DNA of 55,762 nt, from the IMG/VR virus record IMGVR_UViG_3300023055_000266, positions 1 to 55,762 of that record. One strand, written 5' to 3'. The notes below the pieces were generated by a model that was not told where the DNA came from, made no database searches, and saw only the letters and a list, made by a program, of their open reading frames with translations. The translations under genes and the position numbers were made by a program. This document shows, in pieces, positions 37,404 through 46,608 of the stretch. This DNA comes from a virus (taxonomy: Duplodnaviria > Caudoviricetes). Every line of letters begins with the position of its first letter. Position 1 is the first letter of the stretch.

Positions 37404-37720
37404 ATATTATGATGTTTACGGACATCATCAAGCATTTGCCTGTAAGATTGTCCTGTTGAACTTTTATTGTTTATTTTCTCCCATTCACCTGTTACATGTC
37501 GCCAAAAATCGTCGGATGAACACCCGTCGTCCAGATCATCCCAATCGACGATCTTATCAACTAGCATATCGCAATGCAAATGAGACTTCCAGGTAAAGGC
37601 TGAATCACCTACATTAAATGATCGATTGTATTGTTTCCCAATATCTATAGGCATACCGCAGAAGTCACACCTATGCAACTTCTTTGCGGTTACTATTTTT
37701 GAGCTTAGCATCTGGTTCAT
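37400..37720 (-). CDS. Hypothetical Zn-binding protein
   Basis: AKKLHRCDFC..I..G..Y, HLHC. Confidence 0.65.
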   Translation of the reverse strand: MNQMLSSKIVTAKKLHRCDFCGMPIDIGKQYNRSFNVGDSAFTWKSHLHCDMLVDKIVDWDDLDDGCSSDDFWRHVTGEWEKINNKSSTGQSYRQMLDDVRKHHNI

Positions 37721-37932
37721 ACCTTATCTGTTAAATAAGCAATCATTATTAACTTGACATCTGTTCTATCAGGGGCCTCATACTCTATGTATAATTGATC
37801 CTTAGATTTATTCTGCATCTGTAATAAGGTATAATGTATAAGTATTCTTGTTGCAGTTTCACTGTTTACAGCTCCCTTTTTGAGCTGCTTAATTAGGAAC
37901 CGGATCCATATCTTTCTAAATAGCTTTTTCAT
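37717..37932 (-). CDS. Hypothetical protein
   Basis: ORF in the leftward operon. Confidence 0.55.
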   Translation of the reverse strand: MKKLFRKIWIRFLIKQLKKGAVNSETATRILIHYTLLQMQNKSKDQLYIEYEAPDRTDVKLIMIAYLTDKV

Positions 37933-37951
37933 TTGATGGTTATTTGACTAA

Positions 37952-38707
37952 TTAAGACGCGCTGGTAGTAACTGCTAGATCATCAAAATTTCTTATATAT
38001 ACTTCTATATCAAGTATGTCGCTTTCTTTAACGCTTGTCGAGTAGTGTGTTGTAGTTGTGAATATATCAGCAGACGGATATTTTGATTTTAATAGCTTGT
38101 CTAATAATTCGATATTTTTTTCAGTCATTTTTACACGTGTATCTCTACGTCCATTACCGCTAGTCAAATCGAAACCGTAATCCTGAAGAAGTTTAAATTT
38201 ATCTTCTTCAGTAAGATCTTTATCCTCACTATAATAAGCGTCTGTAATCATTCCGCTAAATTTTATTTTCACACCATATGGGCCAAATTCAAGTTCAGAT
38301 GTATGTCCAAATCCTTCAATATTCCACCAACGTTTTATTCCTTCAGATATATTTTTTAGACTTTCTCGCACATCCTCCATGGAAACTTTTTCACCTAATT
38401 GCTCTCTTAGTTGACGATTTTCCATATTTAAGCTACGAATTTGCGCATACCGCTCTTCTTTTTCTTTTTGAAGTACACTTTCATATTCAAACACGTCAAG
38501 AATATCTTTTGCATGGATTTCAAGTAATGAAGAATAAGCTTGTTTCATTCCAGCTGTCAGAGATTTTTCTTGAATATCATTTTTAATGGCTCTCAATACA
38601 AAAACTAAGTCGTTCCATGATTTATCAAATTTGTCTGAGTTTTTTTTGTCTAAAACAATGATTGTTGGATCATCATTAGTATTGAATTTTAATTCACGTT
38701 CTTTCAT
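37952..38707 (-). CDS. Hypothetical protein
   Basis: 251 aa with a central coiled coil. Confidence 0.7.
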   Translation of the reverse strand: MKERELKFNTNDDPTIIVLDKKNSDKFDKSWNDLVFVLRAIKNDIQEKSLTAGMKQAYSSLLEIHAKDILDVFEYESVLQKEKEERYAQIRSLNMENRQLREQLGEKVSMEDVRESLKNISEGIKRWWNIEGFGHTSELEFGPYGVKIKFSGMITDAYYSEDKDLTEEDKFKLLQDYGFDLTSGNGRRDTRVKMTEKNIELLDKLLKSKYPSADIFTTTTHYSTSVKESDILDIEVYIRNFDDLAVTTSAS

Positions 38708-38715
38708 ACTTTACT

Positions 38716-38931
38716 TTATTTATCCCCAACTATTTCAGGGTCGTTTATTTTGCTTTGTTTAATCTTCATTGCAAGGTTTGGATTACCTTCATACAGCTTT
38801 ACCCAAGCTTCTACAGTATTGGAGCTCAAGCCAAGTATCTCTGCAGTCTTGTACTTAGGTATTCCTAATCCAATGACCATTTCGATAGCCTGAACTTTCA
38901 ATGAGTTTGGGTGGCTGTATTGGTTTTTCAT
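38716..38931 (-). CDS. HTH protein
   Basis: LKVQAIEM..KYKTAEILGLSSNTVEAWVK. Confidence 0.7.
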   Translation of the reverse strand: MKNQYSHPNSLKVQAIEMVIGLGIPKYKTAEILGLSSNTVEAWVKLYEGNPNLAMKIKQSKINDPEIVGDK

Positions 38932-39176
38932 AATCCTAACTTTAGTTGTGGCCTCGGTTGATTTAGTTCGGGATTGTCGCTTATTTCGAGATCTATTTCT
39001 TCAAGCCAATACTTAACACCTTCTTCATTGGCATTATTTTGCCATACTTCGACGTATTTATTAAAAGCTCTTTTACCTTTATCTGTAAGGAAATATCCAG
39101 ATGTAGGAGGCAAGCGATCAGTTACGCTTACCTCTGTGTATAGTTTATTTTCCATTTGTTTACTATATTTATCCAT
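38928..39176 (-). CDS. Hypothetical protein (DUF551-like)
   Basis: VSVTDRLP..SGYFL..VKYWL. Confidence 0.55.
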   Translation of the reverse strand: MDKYSKQMENKLYTEVSVTDRLPPTSGYFLTDKGKRAFNKYVEVWQNNANEEGVKYWLEEIDLEISDNPELNQPRPQLKLGL

Positions 39177-39179
39177 TGA

Positions 39180-39374
39180 ATGGATATTGAATTTTATATA
39201 TTTTTAATTGTTGTCGGCCTTTTCGGATTAGGATTATCAATCAATGATTTAAAAAATCCTAAAAAGAAAGCAGAGCATGTTGCCTACAGAACTAACTATT
39301 TCATCCTCTTCTTTTGGAGCTCGATCTGTATATTAATTGCACTAGCTTACTTTATGAAATCATATCTTATTTAA
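39180..39374 (+). CDS. Small two-TM membrane protein
   Basis: 64 aa, two hydrophobic helices; counter-oriented to the operon. Confidence 0.55.
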   Translation: MDIEFYIFLIVVGLFGLGLSINDLKNPKKKAEHVAYRTNYFILFFWSSICILIALAYFMKSYLI

Positions 39375-39390
39375 TTTTATTTTATCTTTC

Positions 39391-39561
39391 ATGATGACCG
39401 ATGACCATGTATCCGGATTAGTAATTGCAACTTTTTGTATAGTAGTTGGCTACATTATGAAAAGAATGGGTGAACCATCCTATTGGTATACTAGGCCTAT
39501 TGCTCTAGGTATCTTTGTTATTTTATTGATCATCTTTGATGCCTTTGTCGGATTTAGATAA
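39391..39561 (+). CDS. Small two-TM membrane protein (missing from ORF track)
   Basis: MMTDDHVSGLVIATFCIVVGYIMKRMGEPSYWYTRPIALGIFVILLIIFDAFVGFR. Confidence 0.45.
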   Translation: MMTDDHVSGLVIATFCIVVGYIMKRMGEPSYWYTRPIALGIFVILLIIFDAFVGFR

Positions 39562-39945
39562 TTCATCTTGTAACTCGCTTTCTAAAATCAGTTCGATATC
39601 TGTAGGAAACATAAAACCTGTTTTGAAGCCCATGTTAACCATTTCTGCAATTTTATCGAAGTCAGCAACATCAAGCTCATCATAAAGAGTATCGTCTTCC
39701 ATTGCAAACTCCTCTTGACTGCTTATGTAATCAGTGAGCAATTGCTGGATCGTATCAGCACTTATGCTGAATGTTATTGTTGTTTTGGACATCAAAACAA
39801 CCTTTTTGCGTCGGTTGTATTCTTCAACGCCATTTTCAACAAGATGCTCGAGCTTTCCAACTTCTTCTTCCTGATCAACATTATAGTGGGTGTAGCCTTG
39901 TTCTAAGGCTTTTTGTATTGTTAGCTTATCCATTTGATACATCAC
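39523..39945 (-). CDS. Hypothetical acidic protein
   Basis: ORF in the leftward operon. Confidence 0.65.
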   Translation of the reverse strand: MMYQMDKLTIQKALEQGYTHYNVDQEEEVGKLEHLVENGVEEYNRRKKVVLMSKTTITFSISADTIQQLLTDYISSQEEFAMEDDTLYDELDVADFDKIAEMVNMGFKTGFMFPTDIELILESELQDELSKSDKGIKDDQ

Positions 39946-40579
39946 TTTCTAAAATTGCTACTGTATTCTCTGAATCACATAAAATTCCAACTGTAATGAT
40001 TTCCACTTCATGAATAGTGAATAAAAATCTGCAACCTGGACGGTCTTCTTGATGTATTAAGGTGAAATATTCAGCCCCTAATAGCTCAGCTGTTTGAATG
40101 ATTTCTGACACTCTAAAGCAATTGAATTTTCCCGTGCCTATAACTATGCACTTATTGTGATCGGGCTCTTGCTTAACTTCTTTCACTGATCTATCAATTA
40201 TAAAGCCTTCACCATCACATAAGGGACAATCAATATATTTGTAATGGGTTGATTCTTTACCATTATATTCATATTCAACCTGACCATCACCGTCACATTC
40301 TGAACAAGTTTTTTCGGCAGGTATGTCAACTAATGGGATTTTGTTATAGCATTCCTTTAGTTTGGCAATTGAATATCGAATTGAACAATTTGGTATTGGT
40401 ATAATGCCTTCAAATTTATTGCTCATGTCTTCGTATGCGCTAGAAAGAGGAAGAAGTACAACAGAATATGCATTAGTAGCACCAGTTTTTCCATTAACAG
40501 TAAAGAGCTTGTGCATCCAGTCTGTTAATGAGTCCTTGTCCGCAAGGAATAATTGAAGGATCTTGTTTGCGTTATCCAT
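39926..40579 (-). CDS. Protein with a DnaJ-like CxxCxGxG zinc finger
   Basis: CSECDGDG and CPLCDGEG. Confidence 0.7.
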   Translation of the reverse strand: MDNANKILQLFLADKDSLTDWMHKLFTVNGKTGATNAYSVVLLPLSSAYEDMSNKFEGIIPIPNCSIRYSIAKLKECYNKIPLVDIPAEKTCSECDGDGQVEYEYNGKESTHYKYIDCPLCDGEGFIIDRSVKEVKQEPDHNKCIVIGTGKFNCFRVSEIIQTAELLGAEYFTLIHQEDRPGCRFLFTIHEVEIITVGILCDSENTVAILESDVSNG

Positions 40580-40895
40580 TATTAACTTCCTTTCTCACTT
40601 TAAGCATAGCCTTAGCTATTATATAAGATTCTTTGGCTATTTCGATAGCTTCCTTTTCAGCATTGGTAGCACCATTACATCTAAAATGTACCTGAGATGC
40701 TAATATTCCTTGCATGGCTTGACTAGCAATATTGTCTATGACAATTTGTTCAATAGAATCATCTAGTCTCATATCACGATTAAGAACATCCGCAAGGTTA
40801 GGAAGCAAACCTTCTGATGCTTCACGTAGCTTTTCATCTGTTAAATTTTCGTCGCTTAACAGTTGGTTTAACTGGTTTACAAGTTTTTTATTCAT
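40572..40895 (-). CDS. Hypothetical phage protein
   Basis: C-terminal ASQAMQGILA..AKESYIIAKAMLKVR, a common phage motif. Confidence 0.65.
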   Translation of the reverse strand: MNKKLVNQLNQLLSDENLTDEKLREASEGLLPNLADVLNRDMRLDDSIEQIVIDNIASQAMQGILASQVHFRCNGATNAEKEAIEIAKESYIIAKAMLKVRKEVNNG

Positions 40896-40906
40896 AATAA
40901 GTGGGT

Positions 40907-41593
40907 TTAATAATCGTAACGTGACCAACATGTTTCTACACTATTTTCATCAATTTCAATAGGACATTGAGAAGCATATAAATTGAATATTAGGTTATCA
41001 AAATGTCCATGTATAGGCGAAGATCTTAAATCACCTCGTTGAGGTTTCCACCCCTTAATTTCGAATAACCACATAAGACTATCATCTTTATTGATGTAAA
41101 GTTGGTATTCGCAAGAATGACGTTGCTTAGATTCTTCTTTGTCAAATCCAATATAAATGGAACTATAGTCACCATATTCAACATGAAATGAAATGTCAAT
41201 TTCGTCACTATCTGAACTTTCCCACTCATACTCTTTATACTTAGCAATGATTTCGGATAGCTTATAAGTGCGTTTTTCAAAAGGTGCTATGACCTGACTT
41301 AAAACGTCTTCAATTGGCTTACTAATGTGTTCCAAAGTAGCTTCTTTAAGCTTTTGATTTACAATATCCACAACAATTTGCTGATAGCCTAGAGTGCTAA
41401 TTTTTGATAAATCGATTTGCAAAGAATTATTAATTACTTCTTTAACCTGCTTTCCAAAGTCTGAATAACTTTTTAGAGAATCTTCTAAAATATCCTCTAT
41501 GGTTTTTTCTATTCTCTTGGAAATTATTTCTTCGATCTTACCTGAGGAAACAACATTATTCAATGCTGATTGTACTTGATCATGTATATTCAT
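40907..41593 (-). CDS. Hypothetical phage protein
   Basis: 228 aa; YSDFGKQV motif. Confidence 0.7.
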   Translation of the reverse strand: MNIHDQVQSALNNVVSSGKIEEIISKRIEKTIEDILEDSLKSYSDFGKQVKEVINNSLQIDLSKISTLGYQQIVVDIVNQKLKEATLEHISKPIEDVLSQVIAPFEKRTYKLSEIIAKYKEYEWESSDSDEIDISFHVEYGDYSSIYIGFDKEESKQRHSCEYQLYINKDDSLMWLFEIKGWKPQRGDLRSSPIHGHFDNLIFNLYASQCPIEIDENSVETCWSRYDY

Positions 41594-41668
41594 AAAATTT
41601 ATTTATTGCATTTCACTTATTATGAAACTTGGTTTGTTGTTTCATAATAAATGAAATAAGTTTTTAAA

Positions 41669-41995
41669 TTACTTTAAATTGATTTCGTGAAGTTCGGGGG
41701 CTATGTCAAAGACATTTTCCGAAACTTTGATAGGATCGCAGTTTTCAAGTGCTTTCATCCGATTTGGTTCAGGTGGTGTGATATCTATCCAGGTGTCATA
41801 ATACCATCCGATTAATTCTTCTACCTCTTTATAGGATGAAAGTTCTTGTTCTTTGATTACGCCTGAGGAATCAAGCCACATGTATTTTTTGTCGTGATCA
41901 ATAGGTAATTGATCAGTGACTAAAACAGGACAAAAGGGTAAAGGTTCGACTTTACCATTGCCCAAAATTGGGTTTTGGTTTAATGTTTTTTCCAT
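41669..41995 (-). CDS. Hypothetical protein
   Basis: First gene after the promoter at 42036-42067. Confidence 0.6.
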   Translation of the reverse strand: MEKTLNQNPILGNGKVEPLPFCPVLVTDQLPIDHDKKYMWLDSSGVIKEQELSSYKEVEELIGWYYDTWIDITPPEPNRMKALENCDPIKVSENVFDIAPELHEINLK

Positions 41996-42035
41996 TACGT
42001 GTTAAAATAAAGTGTGTGTATTACTTTTAGTACTT

Positions 42036-42067
42036 CAAAGGTATATAATCATTATTATATAAACAAA
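42036..42067 (-). promoter_or_regulatory. Sigma-A-type promoter
   Basis: Minus strand TTTG-N20-TACCTTTG. Confidence 0.65.
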
Positions 42068-42083
42068 TAATATTATATATATT

Positions 42084-42509
42084 TTATTTCTTTTGGATAT
42101 ATTCAACTGCAGCATCAATCATGATTCTATAATCAGAGTACAGTTTGTAAAAGTGTTTTGCGCTTCTAATGTAAGTACCATATTTTTGAGATGGGATCTT
42201 TAATTTTTTAATCGTCTCAATCCTTTTTGATCGTCCAATTAGTTCATCAACTGAATTGTGGTAATAAAAAGGACATGATAAGCAGTAGAAAATAAATGCA
42301 ATATCTCTTTTAGTTTCTACAGATTGTCGCGTTAAACCTGAAAGTATTAATGCTTTATTAGTCTCTTTAAGATAATAATCAATAACGTCCTGTAAATTGT
42401 ATTCAATTTTTTTCTTTTCTGATAGGTCATTGAATACTCGATCTATATGCATATGCAGGTCTCCTGATATAGCTTTTAGAATTTTAAGTTTCATTTTTTC
42501 TACTTCCAT
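42084..42509 (-). CDS. Hypothetical helical protein, candidate late regulator
   Basis: Last gene of the replication block; weak resemblance to the DnaA C-terminal HTH. Confidence 0.5.
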   Translation of the reverse strand: MEVEKMKLKILKAISGDLHMHIDRVFNDLSEKKKIEYNLQDVIDYYLKETNKALILSGLTRQSVETKRDIAFIFYCLSCPFYYHNSVDELIGRSKRIETIKKLKIPSQKYGTYIRSAKHFYKLYSDYRIMIDAAVEYIQKK

Positions 42510-42535
42510 GCGAATATATCTTTTATATCGAAAAG

Positions 42536-42886
42536 TTATATGCCAGTCATGAACTTAATGACAATTGCCATAAATTCATCTATAGTCCGGCATACAACTA
42601 CTTTATGTTTAAGTTTTCGCAAAACACAATGCACAGCATCTTGTTTATCGCTTGTTTGGCTACTTTTATGGGTTGTTTTAAGCTCAATGAATAAAATATC
42701 ATTCATTTTGATTACTTGAAGATCTGGAAACCCAGCCTTCAAACCCATTTTCTTAAGTCTTCCTCCTGTCTTAGCATTACGTCTCCCTTCATTTGGAATG
42801 GAAACAATAAGGCCTAAACCTCTGTTTTGATATCTGAGAGTATACCAATCAACGCACGATTTCTGAAAGTCACTTTCCGCTCCCAA
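42536..42886 (-). CDS. VRR-NUC nuclease
   Basis: ESDFQ..IPNEGRR..GLKAGFPDL..FIELK..Q; TTG start at 42886. Confidence 0.85.
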   Translation of the reverse strand: MGAESDFQKSCVDWYTLRYQNRGLGLIVSIPNEGRRNAKTGGRLKKMGLKAGFPDLQVIKMNDILFIELKTTHKSSQTSDKQDAVHCVLRKLKHKVVVCRTIDEFMAIVIKFMTGI

Positions 42887-42887
42887 A

Positions 42888-43313
42888 TTATAGTCTATTT
42901 CTGGAAAAATTATTTTCTTTAGCAAACTCAGGATGTGCCTCAATGTAACAATGACAATTATGACAAAGGCCAATGAAGTTGTTTTCGTCAGTCAATCGAT
43001 CTCCGATCCTCCCTTCTAGGTGGTGGATTTCAGTTGTTAAATAAGTACATCCTTTTAGTTTTGCAGCACATCTTGTGTTTTGCTCTATAAAGATACGTCT
43101 TTTTTTGAGATACAAAATATTCTGCTGTGCTCTTTTTTTTGTCTGTCTAGGAATTTTGTAAATTTTAACTTTTTTGGTTTCAATTCCTTTAGCCTCTTTT
43201 TCTGCTTTCTTGACCTCTGATCTATGTTTCCAGTAGCAGTTTTGGCACCGACCGCTAGTTAATGGTCTGTTTTTTTCGCAGTCGGCACACTGTCCCGTTT
43301 TAACTTTGATCAT
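42888..43313 (-). CDS. HNH-like Zn-binding protein
   Basis: CADC, CQNC, EIHH..GR..LCHNCH. Confidence 0.7.
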   Translation of the reverse strand: MIKVKTGQCADCEKNRPLTSGRCQNCYWKHRSEVKKAEKEAKGIETKKVKIYKIPRQTKKRAQQNILYLKKRRIFIEQNTRCAAKLKGCTYLTTEIHHLEGRIGDRLTDENNFIGLCHNCHCYIEAHPEFAKENNFSRNRL

Positions 43314-43318
43314 ACAGT

Positions 43319-43534
43319 CTAATTCAGTGAATAGATAGGAGAGTCCCGTATTCCTGTTTCTTGACCTTGTGCCTCAATCATAGACGCGGATTCAAGTTTT
43401 AGAAAAATCAATAATCGATCTGCTAAAGCTTCCTTTTGCTCCTGGTCCAGTTTCAGAAAACCTGTTTTGGTTGTGATGATGTTGGGTAATCTTTTGATTA
43501 AACGCTCTTTGATTGTTGAATGTGTTGTTGACAT
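43319..43534 (-). CDS. Hypothetical protein
   Basis: ORF in operon. Confidence 0.5.
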   Translation of the reverse strand: MSTTHSTIKERLIKRLPNIITTKTGFLKLDQEQKEALADRLLIFLKLESASMIEAQGQETGIRDSPIYSLN

Positions 43535-43539
43535 AATGA

Positions 43540-44289
43540 TTAGTATTTAGAGTTAATGATGTTGTTAATTTTTCTTTCGATGAATGTGTCAAGCGTGTAG
43601 ATCTTGCTACCAAATTCCAAAACACGAATAACGGAAACTTGCTTTCCATATTTTCGATAGAGGTTATCGAACTGCTTAATGCACCTTTTATAAAACAATT
43701 CTGCTTCTGTTTGTGTCCTTGGTTGAATAGCACTCTCGTATGTAAATTTTTTACCGCCTATAGCATTTTTCATTGCTTCGATAACGCTCGGATGATATCC
43801 ACTGCCTATTGGTTGATTTTTTACTACTTCTTTGTGTTCCTCGATCTTGGTTTTTTCGACCTCGTTCATTCTGTCTTGATTGTATTCTTCTAAGCATTCG
43901 AGTAGGTATTGACCGTCAACACGATCATAATTTTTACCATACCTGCCCATCTTCATTTTATCAAAGAAAACCTTTAGATCTGCTAAGTTTAAGTGTGGAA
44001 AATATTGTAAAATCATTTCCGTTGTTTGGATAATTTGATGAGTATTCATTGTTTTACCAACATTGATGAATAACACAAAATCGCTAATAAACTCATTAAT
44101 CACCTCGTTAGCTACTTCAGGATCAGTTTTTCTAATTTTCGCTATTGATGGCTGATTGCTCTGGATTGCCTGTGATATGCTTCTGTAATCTTGAGGCAAG
44201 AGACTTTTGATTATCGACACGGAACTGTTCGACTTCATCAACCCGTTGTTGTCTTCCTTGACTTGCTGTAATTCCTGTTTGTTTTCCAT
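43540..44289 (-). CDS. Replication accessory protein (helicase-loader position)
   Basis: Follows the initiator; LNLADLKVFF..MGRYGKNYDRVD. Confidence 0.6.
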   Translation of the reverse strand: MENKQELQQVKEDNNGLMKSNSSVSIIKSLLPQDYRSISQAIQSNQPSIAKIRKTDPEVANEVINEFISDFVLFINVGKTMNTHQIIQTTEMILQYFPHLNLADLKVFFDKMKMGRYGKNYDRVDGQYLLECLEEYNQDRMNEVEKTKIEEHKEVVKNQPIGSGYHPSVIEAMKNAIGGKKFTYESAIQPRTQTEAELFYKRCIKQFDNLYRKYGKQVSVIRVLEFGSKIYTLDTFIERKINNIINSKY

Positions 44290-45091
44290 TGTTTTCTAAA
44301 TTTTTAACCCATGAGAATTTGAAACCTTGCCACGACTGCTCTGCGCAAATTCGAACAGCATCTTTAATTTCAAAATTATTCTTTGCACACTCATTGAAAA
44401 TTGACTCAAGAACGGTGAGCGTAAATGGTGCTCTTTTTGCCGTTCTAACTTTTATCCAGTCATCAGCATGTTGTGAATCTACGCCGACATTAATCAATGC
44501 TTGCCGAAACTCAGGCTTTCCGAATTTTTCTTTTTCCGCGGAACTTTTTTCTTTTTCTTCTTTATCAGTTTGTTTAGGTTCTGATGTAGGTTTTTCCATT
44601 TCATTTTTTTGCGCATCAGCGCCAAAAGAAAATAAAGATTCTTCCTTTCTTCCTTTCTTTACATTCTTATTATTCTTTACATTCTTGTTTGTGGTTACTT
44701 GTTGGTTATCCGTTGGTTGTTTGTTGGTTATCCGTTGGTTACCCGTTGGTTGTTCTGTTGGTTGATCGTTTTCAATATCTTGATACAAATCATAGTTTAC
44801 AATAGAAACAACGCTGTTTTTGTTGGTTGTTTTGATGGTTATTTCGTTGGTTGATTTTAGCTTATTTAATGATGTCCTAATCTGTTGCTCTGTCAACCCT
44901 AATTCAGCCGATAAAACGATCCTTCCAGTCACTAATTCACCTCTTTTTATAAGCATACCTTTGTACGCTCTTTCTTTGTGATTAGCCTTTAATAAGAGGT
45001 GGATAAACAATACTTTCGTATTGATATCATCGTACCATTCCCAATCTAATAAGCTTCTATACAGCTTTACCCAACCTAATGCATTTGACAT
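44132..45091 (-). CDS. Phage replication initiator protein
   Basis: GWVKLYRSLLDWEW, LFIHLLLKANH, wHTH region, NYDLYQ, C-terminal WQGFK; internal iterons. Confidence 0.85.
   Translation of the reverse strand: MSNALGWVKLYRSLLDWEWYDDINTKVLFIHLLLKANHKERAYKGMLIKRGELVTGRIVLSAELGLTEQQIRTSLNKLKSTNEITIKTTNKNSVVSIVNYDLYQDIENDQPTEQPTGNQRITNKQPTDNQQVTTNKNVKNNKNVKKGRKEESLFSFGADAQKNEMEKPTSEPKQTDKEEKEKSSAEKEKFGKPEFRQALINVGVDSQHADDWIKVRTAKRAPFTLTVLESIFNECAKNNFEIKDAVRICAEQSWQGFKFSWVKNLENNGKQTGITASQGRQQRVDEVEQFRVDNQKSLASRLQKHITGNPEQSAINSEN
44691..44852. repeat. Iterons, putative replication origin
   Basis: GTTGGTT at 44701, 44712, 44723, 44734, 44745, 44757, 44822 and 44846; next to an AT/pyrimidine-rich tract with TCTTTACATTCTT twice. 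Confidence 0.8.
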
Positions 45092-45270
45092 TATTTCCTC
45101 GCTTTCTTGCCTTCAATGGTGAAATAGGTGATTATAGTAGCTGCTAAGCCATGAATGAAGAACATAGCGCTATCTAAATATTCACCTTCTTTAAGCATTG
45201 CTAATGCTGCATTTCCAAAAAAATACAGAATAGCAACGCTCATTATTGATTTAAGTATTCTTTTAAGCAT
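45091..45270 (-). CDS. Small membrane protein (missing from ORF track)
   Basis: 59 aa MLKRILKSIMSVAILYFFGNAALAML...; start and stop overlap both neighbours. Confidence 0.65.
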   Translation of the reverse strand: MLKRILKSIMSVAILYFFGNAALAMLKEGEYLDSAMFFIHGLAATIITYFTIEGKKARK

Positions 45271-45680
45271 TAAATGACACCCTTTCCGCTCAAAATATTT
45301 AAAAACTGTTCTCGTATGTAATGATAAGGTTGACCCGTCATTTCAGCTATAGCATGGCAAATAGCTTTCCTTTTGGTGTTACTTAGCTTAGACATCTGCC
45401 TTTTGCTCGCTTCTTCTTCCAAGTGCAATATGTACCGCTTTTGGTTATCTATTGAAATACATAATTTGGAAATTTCCTTGTTAAGATCTGCAATTTCAAG
45501 ACTTTTGTTAGTGTCAATCTGCAAGTAGTTATCAAACTCTTTGGATACGGCTATTTCTACAAGCGTATAGGCGTGTTTAAAACCTTTTGTATATTCAGTG
45601 CTGTTTTGATCTTTTACCTCGCTTAGAAAGGCGTATTTAACCCTGTTTAGGATTGTGTGTAGTTTTTGTTTTATGTTCAT
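45270..45680 (-). CDS. Hypothetical protein
   Basis: Coiled-coil ORF. Confidence 0.6.
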   Translation of the reverse strand: MNIKQKLHTILNRVKYAFLSEVKDQNSTEYTKGFKHAYTLVEIAVSKEFDNYLQIDTNKSLEIADLNKEISKLCISIDNQKRYILHLEEEASKRQMSKLSNTKRKAICHAIAEMTGQPYHYIREQFLNILSGKGVI

Positions 45681-45686
45681 GAAGGA

Positions 45687-46193
45687 TTAAATTTTATTTT
45701 CTAAAGTGTTAATGTCAATAGCCAAGCCTTGTTCAATAAGGCCATCGATATCAGCATGTAATTTATACAGCTCTTTAAAGAACTTTAAAGTGTCAAAACA
45801 ATACCCTCTAGTGAACCCAATAGTTTTTGATTTGATGGAATAGGATATATGATGATCTTTTGGAATAATGATACTCATTCCTTTATCTACATCATATAGC
45901 CATACAGTCCCAGACCTTGGTTTTAAATAGACATCAAGATTTAATTGACCCATTACTTCTAGTGACCTTTCAGGGAAACATGATATAAAAATTTTAAGCC
46001 ATTCATCTTTTGTTAGGTCAGACATAGGTCTAAGGATTGGTTTTAGTGAGAAGTTACCACGTTGCCAATCGACAATAACTATAGGTGTTAATTCTGATAT
46101 AGTTATCTTATTAAAGTGATTAACGTGCTTAATTCTAGTTTTCAACCCGTAAGGCAAATACCCTGCGAAATGTTCTAATTTTAGTTTATCCAT
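45687..46193 (-). CDS. Hypothetical phage protein
   Basis: YLPYGLK..KPILRPMSDL..HADIDGLIEQGLAIDIN motif. Confidence 0.75.
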   Translation of the reverse strand: MDKLKLEHFAGYLPYGLKTRIKHVNHFNKITISELTPIVIVDWQRGNFSLKPILRPMSDLTKDEWLKIFISCFPERSLEVMGQLNLDVYLKPRSGTVWLYDVDKGMSIIIPKDHHISYSIKSKTIGFTRGYCFDTLKFFKELYKLHADIDGLIEQGLAIDINTLENKI

Positions 46194-46608
46194 TTGATAC
46201 CTCTCTTTCGTGAATGTTTCCGATTACCAGTGAAGATGACAAACAGCTCATTTCAAATACATTTTCATCTATTAGGGATGTTTCATTGTCGTAAACTTCC
46301 TGACTTCCTTCACCTATATGCATATTGAAACCATATAAATCGATTTGAAATCTAGCCTCTTTCTTGTCATAGACTACAATTAATTCGTCCCCAACCTCGT
46401 CACTATCAATCTTGTCGCCTTCGTAAATTTCAACATCGTTTTTGTCTTTTAGTCCCGTGAATTGACCAACTGTGTCGGGGATGACATCGCACACTGAAAT
46501 ACTGTCATTGCAACTTATAGCCATTCCAACAATAGCAGTAATTAAGTCACCATAAACAAACTTTCCTGTTTCAATATCAATTCCTCTGAACTTTATATCT
46601 CTAGGCAT
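46186..46608 (-). CDS. YopX family protein
   Basis: IKFRG, TVGQFTGLKDKNDVEIYEGD, VIGNIHE. Confidence 0.9.
   Translation of the reverse strand: MPRDIKFRGIDIETGKFVYGDLITAIVGMAISCNDSISVCDVIPDTVGQFTGLKDKNDVEIYEGDKIDSDEVGDELIVVYDKKEARFQIDLYGFNMHIGEGSQEVYDNETSLIDENVFEMSCLSSSLVIGNIHEREVSNG

Noticed and set aside
38716-38931. HTH resembling IS3 OrfA transposase
   Set aside because: No DDE OrfB or inverted repeats; embedded in the phage operon with overlapping start and stop codons
44289-44765. Antisense ORFs in the track (e.g. 44289..44765, 21169..21525, 10800..11195, 7136..7474)
   Set aside because: Shadows of well-supported genes on the opposite strand
44691-44852. Short repeats as a possible CRISPR array
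   Set aside because: 7 nt units at 11-12 nt period inside a coding gene, with no spacers or cas genes; they fit iterons
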